From the human T2T-CHM13v2.0 reference genome, Homo sapiens, in the NCBI RefSeq assembly GCF_009914755.1, contig NC_060933.1: DNA of 64,000 bases; one strand, 5' to 3'. The notes below the pieces were generated by a model, which saw only the letters and a list, made by a program, of their open reading frames with translations, did not search any database and was not told the origin of the DNA. Numbering within the stretch: the first letter of the stretch is position 1; each line of letters opens with the position of its first letter. This document shows, piece by piece, positions 53,748 through 64,000 of the stretch. The position numbers and the translations under genes are program-made.

Positions 53748-55174
53748 AGCATCTTGACCCCAAAATGCCCTTCTTAATGGGGCTCAAGATCTTCTTTCAG
53801 GCAACAGAAAGCAACATTATTGGCATCTGTAGGCAAAGGTTTGCTAAGATGGTAGAAGGCAACCTATGGTGGTTTGCTGTTCGATAAGACTAGTGGCTAC
53901 ACAATGTTGTCAACTGCAAATGAGTTACAGAATATTGGTAATGCCAGGGCCATTTTTCTAAAAAAAAAAATAACTTTACTGGTGAGGTTAGCTAATTAGC
54001 TATAAACATCATAAACTGAAAGGATAATGTTTTAACTCAATTGGAGGTCTGTACTTCTCCAGATTGCTTTGAATGGCAGGCCCCCTGCTGTGCTCCTGGG
54101 GAGAGAGCCTGAAACCTGGATGCTCGGGAGCCCCTCAGATCCGTCATCTGTCCCCGACACCCCTGTGGTGAGCCTTGCCACTGGGCCCTGAGAAGCTCAG
54201 AGCAGTCGAGTCAGGGCAGTGGGACATGACCCAGGTCAGATGTGGCTTTTCCGTAATTGTACACCAATGATCAAGAGAAAATGAAGGATTTTAATATGTA
54301 AGTCCTTGTCAGGAACCCCGGCCCACCCTTGACCCCAGCCATGTGCCCCTAGGAGCCTGGGACCCCCAGCCCAGTAGGCGTGCATCAGTGTCCACATGCA
54401 CCCATGCAAGTACACAGGATGCACTCAGGACATGGCCCCAGAAGCCAGGATGGATCCAGTGCCCCCCAACCTGGTGTCCTGCTTCCTGAGATGAGTCCAA
54501 CTATTCTCTCCCCCTCCCCCAGCACACACCTACACTTGATGGCAGGGAAATAATTATTTCCTGCAGAATGGGCTGCAAATGTAACAAACCCCCTGACCTT
54601 CAGTCTGAAGAGAGAGAACTATCAACCACACAGAAGCAAAGATCCAGAGAAATACTGAGGGATGCTACCAGACACTCAACCAGGGCCACTCTCCGAGATT
54701 CCAGCCAGCCACACAGCAAAGATGCTGGCCGGGGACACTGCCCCAAACCACCAGACAGAACCCCAAAGAAACAGCTCCACACACAGTGGAAGATACACCA
54801 GAGACTGTTAGAAGGACCATCAGACAAAGCCAAAGAGACAGGTAGATGAAACCAGATAACCAGCCAGAGAGGTGGTCAGAGAACAGCGACACAATCAAAG
54901 GACCCATCAGAAACACTGTAAAGGACTCAGCTAGACCCAGGCAGATACACTGCCGAAGGACGAGCAAGGAGCACAGGCAGTGAAGCCGTCGGCGACAAAG
55001 CCAGAGAGCTAAGACACTGTCAGAAACAGTGCCAGAGAAACCGTCTGACACACAAGCAGAGAAATACCAGAGAAACTGATAGACGCAAACAGGCGTACAC
55101 CCAGAAAAACAGCTTGAGAGAAGAGCCAGAGCCACAGCCAGATGCTCAGTCAGGAAGTATCCACACCACTCCAA

Positions 55175-55340
55175 ACACTGCCAGAGACACTGTCAGACAC
55201 ACAGTCAGACACACTGCCAGAGACACCGTTATAAAGACTGCCAGAGAAACAGCCAGACACACAGCCAGAAAAACTGACAGAGACGCAGTGCCAGATACAC
55301 CCCGAGAAAGTGCCAGAGACTCAGCTCCAGACAGTGCAGA
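55175..55340. repeat. Degenerate 12-bp tandem repeat (actgccagagac-like)
   Basis: Translates as TARD-TVRH-TVRH-TARD-TVIK-TARE-TARH-TARK...; a looser ccaga periodicity extends back to about 54640. Confidence 0.8.
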
Positions 55341-56087
55341 CATAGCATAACAGAGACAAATGTGGGTATCAGCCTGAAGCAGCTGCGGAGAGGCTGGAGA
55401 GCAATGGACTTCCTGGGGCTTCCTGTGGGAGAGGGCTCCTGCCTGCCTTTTGCTACCCTTGACCCTCTCCAGGAAAGTCCCCTCCTCTGAGCCTGCTTTT
55501 CCTTTCCTCCCTGTCACAGCCACAGGTGCCCTGACTGCCCCTCCCTGGCACAGTAAATCTCTCTGTGTCCTAAGTGGCCCCAGCTACCCTTTGCGCATCA
55601 GTGACTCCTGGAGCCTTAGCTACCACTTGGCCTGGCTCCTTCTGACCCTCAGCCCCTCACCACTCTTCAGCTACTCCTCAGGCCTAGGAGGTTAAGACAA
55701 TGGCCAAAGTTACACAGCCAGCAAGCCGTGCAGCCAGGAAATGAACCCAGGACTGCCTGAATTCAGAGCTGGTGTAAGAGAGAGAAAACGAGACCAGCAG
55801 CCAGAGGCCTACCTGGTTCCCCAACCTCAGCCCTGGCCAGTCGCCCTCACACCCTCCCCCACTGCCTCTGCCATCTGTCCATGTCTTTCTCCTCACAGCC
55901 AGGAAGATCCTCCGCCTCAGTGCCAGGCCACTGCCCACCACATGGGAGCAGGAACCAGGGCATGGGCAGGCAGAAGAGCAGGCGGAGTGGCTGAGGTTAG
56001 ATCCAAGGATGGGAGTGTTCAGGGAGAGGAGGAATGGGTGGCCTCTACTCCCAGCTCCTTCCTGGTCCACACAAGCACACACTCCCA

Positions 56088-56109
56088 CGTGCATGCGTGC
56101 ACGCGTGCG

Positions 56110-56141
<32 letters not shown>
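56088..56141. repeat. Alternating purine-pyrimidine tract ending in (CA)n
   Basis: cgtgcatgcgtgcacgcgtgcgcatacacaca... Confidence 0.9.
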
Positions 56142-56144
<3 letters not shown>

Positions 56145-59100
56145 AGGCCCCCGCGGGGGGAGGGGTGGCTTCTTCATCAAAGTCGCCTCCATCAGCCTGA
56201 TGAGTTACTGTAAGGGCCGGGCCCTGGGCCAACGGGGCTGCAGCCACGGGAGACGGGTGCTGCTGAGAGTGAGTGCTGCAGAGTGGGGATGGGGTGCCAA
56301 GACAGACACTGCAGGGTTGGGGGCACCCAGAAAAGGGAGAGACTCAGGGAGGAGAGACAAGAGGGAGGGAGAGAGGAGGAGCTCTGAGTGGAGACCCAGA
56401 GGGACAAGGAGAGGCTGAGATAGGAAGAAATAGAAGAGACGCAGGGGAAAAGATGGGGCATATAGGAGATGGGCAGAGACTCAAGGGCAGAGGGAGAGAC
56501 AGATCCAGAGAGAAGAGAGGAGACCCCTGGCAGGGTCTCTGCCCACCCTAGAGCATCTCCGTGGCCTGCCCAGCTCCTCTAGCACAATGGAGGATGGGAT
56601 GGTGGTCAATGCAATGTGAGGCAAGAACAGGGCCTTCCTGGAGGCTGGAAGGATTCTTGCTGGGGATCTAGGACCCCAACCCCTAGGGTACAAGGGTAAA
56701 ACCCCATCTCTGCCCCTGCCCCTGCCCCTGCCCTGCCCCTGCAGATCCAGAAAGCCCCAGGCCAGTTTCACTTCCCCCTTTCCTCAGACTCCCAACTGGG
56801 CCCAATGCCCAGTTTGGGAGGCTGAAGCCAGAGGCATCCAGGACACACCTCCATCCTGCCCTGGCTCACTCCAGGCCACCCATCCCAGGGCAAAGAGCAT
56901 CTTTCCTGGGAATTTTCCAAGTCCACACCCCATGGCTCTGAGATAGATTTGCAGGATAAATCCCATAGAGCCCCAGATAAGGGCTCTGCAAATTAGCCCA
57001 GGATTCCTCTCAGCCCCTCAAAGAGGTCAGCCCCAGAATGAGGAGGGAACAGAGGGGGTACCCCATAAGCAAGGAAGGAGCCTAGCGCCCAAAAGCCCCT
57101 GAGCCCCTTGTCAGCACAAGGGTCCCTGCACCTCTCCCAGCACAGAACCCTAGTGTCATCATTACTCCCACACAGGTAACACATTAAGAGTCAAATTCTG
57201 GGGCCCCAACTTACTGCCATTGTCCCACTGTGGCATAAAGATACCATTACACAATGATAACAACACCCATTGAAAATGACACAGTTGTACCGTTGACAAT
57301 GACACACAGGGATGTTGACAGGCACCACGATGACAATAATGCAGTGAGTGACAGTCACATACATTGACACCAACAAACGCGGCAATGATACCAGTTGACA
57401 CTGACACAGTCACAGTGATGGTAACCTCAGAATCAAAGATGCAATGAGACTCAGTCACATCGAGTCACACTGACGGTGACATCAACACAGTGACACAGCA
57501 ATGTTGATAGACTCAGTAACAGTCTCACAGAATGATACTAGTCCACAGCAATACTGGCAGCCCTGAAGTCTGACAGCCGCCGTCGGTAACAAACAGACAC
57601 AGCGACAGGCTCCAGGTCAGGAACCCCTGTTACCCAGTTTAAGAATCTGGCTTAGGACCCAAGACCCAAGAACCGTCTTGCCAGTCCCAGCAATGTTCCG
57701 GTTGCCCTGTACCCCTCCCCTCACCCCATGCCCAGCTGAGGGCAGAACCTGGGGGAAGGAGGTGTGAGTTTTGGAAAGCCTCTATTTATCCCTGCAGAAT
57801 TACAGCAGTTTAGATTGTAGAAGGCCAACCCTGGGGAAGCCCTGCCGCCATCAGGTCAGGGTGGGGGATAATGAGCACCACTAACTGCGTCTCAGCTGTA
57901 ATTGTGTGTGCGGGTTGATCTGTAATAGTGTGTTGCGCACTTCAGGGTTTGGGTTGCTGTGGGCACGCCGAGGCTCAGGTAGGCTCAGTCTGGCCTGGAC
58001 AATGAAGGATCAGGGGGGCCTCAAGGCAAGTGACCTCGAAGCAAGGTTACTACTCCAACTCCGAGGCAGGGAACTGAAATCCAAAGAAGGTCACCGGATG
58101 GACTCCCCCCATTGCCAGGCGTCAGGGTGGGTTCAGAACATCCATCTGATGAAGGGCATCCGGCCCAGCACAGAGCGGAGGGGACTCCCCACAGCTTCCA
58201 GTCCCCGCTCTGACTCCCACAGCCCAGACTCCAGAATCCCACAGTGAGGGGAAAAGGCACCTTTTATCCTGGAGCCTCATCTCCTTCACCTCTCCCCACA
58301 GCAGCCTAGAGGGCCCATCTCAGGAATGAGGCAAGAATGCAGGACACAGCATGGACTCACTGATTCAAACGCCTGGGGACTCTAGAAGCCTCAGACCTGC
58401 AGAGGAATTAGGTTGGAGCAGAGAAACAGAGATACATAGACTTGGAGATGGAGAAGGAAATGAGAGACAGAGCGGGGGCAAAGACAGGGACAAGGACATG
58501 GTGGGCAGGGAGGAACAGTACTGGCTGAGGGGGGAGCCTGGAAGAGATAGTCAGGGCAGGCGGGAAGCTCCAGGACAGGGAGGAGGGGCTGAGGCTGGGA
58601 GGCCCCCAGATCCCACCAGGCCTAGGCAGCCTGGACAGCGTGGGCGGTGGGGGCGGGGGCAGAGGCCTGAGCGGTCCAGAGGCTTGGGGGGTGGGGGGAC
58701 CAGGCCGAGGAGGGAGGCCTGGCCCCTGGCAGCTGGCCCGGCAGGCCCCTCACCAGGGAAGGGCGGGCCTAGGTCAGGGGCCAGCTCGTGGGCTGGGGCC
58801 GGCTAGCCATGGGCGGGCAGGTTCCCACTCCCTATGGTGTTTCTCCCTCCTGTCTCCGAATCTCTGATCTCTAGCCCCTTCTCTTTTCCCTCCTCTCTGA
58901 ATCCAGACCTGCCTCTCCTCTCAGCTCTCTCAGTGACCCCACCTCAAGTGGCATAGGGCTCCAAGCTGTGCCTGGGTTCAGGATTCAAGCTTTACCTCCT
59001 CCTGGGCTACCATGTCCCCACCCACGCCAAGGGCAAGCCTCAGTCCTCAGGGGAAATGACCCTACCCAAGCTTAGGCCCTGTCCTCCTCCTTAGAAGGGG

Positions 59101-62100
59101 GCAGAATAAGCCAAGCACCAGTAGGAAGGGGCCAGGAGGGAGGCAGGGGGAGTGGTCCCCCAGCTCTCGACGCTGGCTGAGGCTGTGGAAAAGGAGGCGG
59201 CCCAATTGAGTGAGTTGGGGGGGTTGGTATCCGCACCTGCTGTTGTGACCTCCACAGCCGGAGATGGGGTCCTGGAGGGGACAAGATTCCGATGGATTTT
59301 GGCAGCGGCCTGGACTCAGTGCTCAAAACCCCCATTCCCAGCCTCTTGCACCGTGGGGACCCTGAGATCAGCATGTGCGTGCCCTGCTGCACGTGTGTGC
59401 GGGCGTGTTGTTGGGGGAGCCTGGGGCCCTCCCATGATGGGCCTGGCTGGGCAGCTGGGGAGGCATCCTGGGGAGAGAGGAATCTGTCACCAGCCTGTGC
59501 CCACATGTGGAGGCCCACTTGGGGCCCCGCATGCTGCCTGGTGACCTGGGCATGGGCTTGTATATGCACATACATGCAGGCCTGTGCTTAAGTAGCCCTC
59601 TAGATGCAGAAGGCCTGGGCTTTCACCCTCAAAAGTCATCTGGTCCAGCCCCCTGCCTCTTGAATGGAGAGGAGGAAGGGGCAGATAAGTTCGTATCCTC
59701 CCTTTGGACACATAGGCTCTGGAGAGCTTCACAGAACCTGAGGTACTGGTGCCAAATCCCCCAGCCCCCAACCCCAGTCCAGTCTCTTCTGGCTTCCAGA
59801 AGAATCAGGAAGCCCCCTCCACCCAGGAAAGGCACACACACCAGTTAGGCTAAGTCTGTGGGGAGCGGGGTACTGCTCCTCTTGTAGGGACAGAACGCTG
59901 TAGCACATTAGACAGCTGGAAGAACTCAACGAAAGGCAGGGGATGGGCAGAGCAATAGGGTTGACTGAGACTTCCCTTAGCAGGGGGGTGGGGTAAGGAA
60001 AGGCCCGAAGCGGACGCCGGGGACAGGAAGGAGGCTGCAAGGCAGGGCCCTCCGTGGAGACAAGGATGGATAGAATGGCTTTCCAGAGTTGGAGATTAGG
60101 ACAAAGACCTATTTGCCTCAGCATCTCCTACCACACCCACCCCTGGCCCCATCACTGCTATGGTGCAGACACACCCTTGAATCCATACACAGAGGCCCAT
60201 GCAAGCAAGCTCACACACACACCCACCCACCCACCCACCCACACACACACACACCCCGGGGGGTGGGGGCAGCAGTGCATGTGATGCATCGGCTTATAAC
60301 AAAAAAAACCTGAAGATGGTCGTTCTGACAGAGCCAGAGTTGGGTGGGGGGAAAAGAAGCTTCGAATGTCTTCTGTGTTCTGTTCTCTCTGCCCCCTAAC
60401 GTGCATATGCACCATGCACGCTACTTCTGAGGAGCCTCCTGGTCTGCTGGGCAAGACCGAGCCATCCTTCCTCCCCTTTCCTCCCCTCCTCACAGTGGGG
60501 AAGCCACAGCAATCTGTTCCTGATGGGTAAACACAGGCGTGAGTACGTGCACACACGTGCTCACACACACACCAGCCACTCAGGCCACAGAGCACCCAGC
60601 GCTCACTTCACCCCGAGACAGAGCACACACTTGGGCTCTCACTACACCCGGCAGAGCTCTCAAAGCCCCCGCCTCCTCAGACACACAGGGCCAGAGCTTC
60701 ACAGACACACCCAGGCAGCCTCTCGCAGACACTGGCATTCAGAGCCTACCATCGTGGCCACACATCAGGGCCTCCCACATGGACACCCACTCCCACAGCC
60801 CCGTACACGCTGGTGTGCGTGCACACATTACAGTCACACTCACACACACAGACTCCCTCACACAGCCATGGTCTCACATATGGATACCATCACACACTCC
60901 GAACAGTCAACCTTCCACACAGACACCATTGTACACTTCCAGAAGCTCAGGGCCCCCAGTCGCCCTTGGCCTCTCACGCCCCGACACCGGCAATGGGAAA
61001 CACCCACATACACACCCTCAACAGCCACACTGTGCCAGCACCTCAGGTTGCCTAGCCGTGCCTGAGGGGAGGGACAGAAAGCCTAGGGATGCCTAGGGCA
61101 GGAAAGAAAAGGAAAGGAAATACTTCGTTGGTCCCTAAAAAGTGAGAAAATAAATGATTATTCCCCAGGCAGCTCCTTCTTCCCCAAACCCTGCTTTCAA
61201 CAGCATTAGGGAATGAAGGGAGATCCATTCCAGACAGGAGAGGTGAAGGAAGTACCTGGGGGAGACAGATGGTGGCACTGGAATCAGCAAGAGCCAGAAA
61301 GGCCCAGAAATCAGCCGACTTCCCAGGCCCTTGCTGCCTTCCCTCATCACCCTCTCTTCCCCACGATGCGGATCGGCAGCAGCTCTCAGCCTAGCTATCT
61401 GCTGTGTGATCCCAAGGCCTCTTCAAAACCTCTATGTGCCCATAACTGTCTAGCGGGCACCCAGATGTCTGGCCTGGCTGCAGAAAGGGCAGGAGAAGGG
61501 AAGGAGATGAGACCTCCACTCCAGCCCCCCAGCCCCCACCAAAGCCCTGGCATCACTGTCAGCCCACAGAGAGGTAGGGCAGATGCCCAGCAGCAGGAGG
61601 GGAGCAGGCAGAGCCAGCGGTGCTCCTCTAACTAACCACTGAGGAGGAGAGTCCTAAGGTGTCCTTGGACCCTGCAGCCCCGCCCCCATCACTGGAGGAG
61701 TAGACGCGGAGTCGCTGTCCAGTCAGAATGGAATCCAGGCTGTGCTGGCCAGGCCCCAGCCCAGGAAAGATCGGCAATGCTGCAGACATCCTTGCCACTT
61801 GCCACTCCAGGTGTAGCTGGGGCCCTGATGCCTCCATCCTAAAAGGAGCCTGATGTGACTCCACGGAAGACAGGCAGGACCTAAGGAAACCAGGCAGGGG
61901 TAATGCCATAAAGCCAGGTGATAGGGACTTCGGGGAAGGGGGCAGTGGGGACAAAAGAAACCAGGCAGCAGGGTGTAAGGAAACCAGGTGACAGGGCCCC
62001 AAAGAAGGTAGGTGGTGGGAGCCAAATGAAATCAGGCAGTGGGGACTAAAGTTAGCTAGGAGGTGTGGACAAATGAAGCCAGGCTTTGGGGATCAAATGA

Positions 62101-62399
62101 AACCAGGCAAGAGGCCCACAGGATGTGAGAAAAGAAAGATCAGGAGCTCATCCCCTCTGTCTAGATGTCACCCCCACACGCTGGGCCTCTCTCTCTGTAG
62201 CCCCCCCTTCCACTCAGGCGGTGGTCCCCTCCCCCAGGCCAATGGACACAGCCAGAGCCCCCTCCCCTCTCAGAGGCCTGGTCCGATTGCAGCCAATGGG
62301 CCCCGGCCCCATCCCTGGGACCTCAGGAAGTCCCAGTCCCTCCCACCGGCTGCAGAGGCAGGGGGGCTGGGGGGAGAGACAGAGAAGAGAAGAGAAGAG

Positions 62400-62880
62400 A
62401 GACAGCTTGGCAGGGGGAGCGCGCCGAGCAGCCGCGGGGGGCGGGGGCCGAGAAAGGAGCGGGAAGCGCCGAGGCGGGCTGGGCGGGCTGGCGGGCGGGC
62501 GAGCGCGGGGCGGGGGCGTCGCGGCGGCGGGGGTGACAAGTCCTCCGGCCCTGTGGCCACTGACCTGGGTCCCCACGCAGGCGCCCCGTCGGTGCCTCCG
62601 GCGCTCCGTGGGTCCGCCTGCCCGCCTGCGGGCATCGGGTCTGCGGGGCTGGGGCCCGGGCAGCCGGAACGACCCGGGAGGCAGAAGCAACCCCCACAGC
62701 GGTCCCGGCGGGCGGGTGGGCGAGGGGCCGGGCCGCGCGGTGAGCGACGAGGGCCGAGCCCCGAGTGAGCGACCGGGCAAGCGGGCCGGGAGGAGGGGAG
62801 GAAGGAGCGCGCTGCAAGCGAACGAGCAAGCGAGCAAGCGAGCTAGCGGAGGGAGAGTGAGGGACGGCATGCAGTGAGGT
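62400..62880. promoter_or_regulatory. Intronic CpG island, candidate alternative CNTFR promoter/first exon
   Basis: Dense CpG and GC boxes; on -, a pyrimidine-rich (gctc/gctt)n leader and a donor CAG|GTCAGT at 62565/62564. Confidence 0.75.
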
Positions 62881-64000
62881 CATCCTTTGAATCTAATTGT
62901 CTGAGTCAGGAGGAGATGTGGCACTTGATGCTGGGGGAGGGGAGGCAGAAGGGACCCTCCCCGCTCCGGTCCCGGCCCCTCTCCACACCCAGGGGTGGCC
63001 GGGGCCTCCTTTCCCCTCCCAAGGAGAAGTTGCCGCAGGCCAACTCGGGCAGACCACTGCTGGTCTCAGGGCTGACCTCTGCTGCCTGGGGCTATCAGCA
63101 AGTGGTGAGAGATGTGGGACCCGGCCCCAGCTCCCGGCTACCTTCCTCCTCCCGGGGTGACCGCCACACCTCAAGGCCCAGCTCACTTTCCCACATTTTT
63201 TAGGGCACGGGAGGCTCCCAGCCTACCCCCAGGTCCTATTCCAGGTCCTATTCTGCCCTGTGAGGATAAAGCAGGAACTTCAGCCAGCCTTCCAAGTTGC
63301 CTTACTTTAGGAGCACGGGGCCCCAACTCTATTCCCCAAGTTACTTCCAGTGCTGGGAATTTGGGGGAATCTGGAAACTGAACCCCAGGCTCACCATCCT
63401 GCCCTCTGGGAATGACAGTGCAATGCCACCCGTCCTCCAGTTACTTTCTGCATTTGGGATGAGGACCCCAGATCCGCCTTTAGGAGGGACAGGAGCAGGG
63501 CCAGACTCCTAGGGTCTCCAGGGAGGGACCAGGCTGCCCAGAGGGTGACGGACAGGTTGGTCACTGGACCCTGGGCTTGTCAGGTGTGCACACCCGTACA
63601 CATATACATGAGCACACGCACACGCACACGTGCAAATGCACATCCGCATGGGGTCGGGGGCACCAGACAGCTGGGGATACTCACACCAAGGGCCATACCC
63701 TCCTCCCTTCGCCCCTGTGGGGGAGGGGTGATAAATATTTAAGGGGCTTTTAGCTCAAAAGGGGCTGGAACGGGGGAGGGAGGGGGATCCACGCTGCCTG
63801 ATTAATGGGGTTACGGGCTTGGATCAATCCGTCCGCCCGCCGCTCCCTCCTCCCCCTCCTCCCTCCCTCCGCCTAATGCGCTTTATCAGGAGACGCTTTT
63901 CTGACTTGGCAGCGTTGGGCGTTTTAAATAGACCCATTTAGAGCTGGGGTTGGGGGAGAAGGAGGGGGGTGGAGAGACAGAGATTGAGACAGGCTGGGAG

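Noticed and set aside
62073-62877. 231- and 250-aa + strand ORFs across the CpG island
   Set aside because: Gly/Arg-rich GC artefacts without domain or splice support, unlike the minus-strand phase-0 candidate.

Overview
Human-type (primate) genomic DNA that I recognise from its encoded proteins as the 9p13.3 DNAI1-ENHO-CNTFR region. From left to right: the last two coding exons of DNAI1 (+); the complete two-exon ENHO/adropin gene (-), tail-to-tail with DNAI1; a ~28-kb repeat-rich intergenic block containing a full-length but inactivated L1PA element, many Alus, a solo ERVK-type LTR and DNA-transposon relics, several of them nested; and the whole CNTFR coding sequence (-). The CNTFR exons sum to 85+234+118+167+164+181+169+1 = 1119 nt (372 aa plus stop); its upstream non-coding exons are not identified in this window. 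An antisense transcription unit (probably CNTFR-AS1) and an intronic CpG island lie in the right-hand part. Most notable observations: a near-perfect 107-bp direct repeat bracketing the CNTFR start-codon exon; a CpG-island candidate exon that would add 102 aa in frame to CNTFR; a CNTFR stop codon split by an 89-nt intron whose retention adds only one Trp; a strong-Kozak uORF ahead of adropin; an adaptor-like CxxC/YxxQ architecture in adropin; and a miR-21 site with extended 3' pairing. No wholly new system is demonstrable from sequence alone; these are testable candidates.
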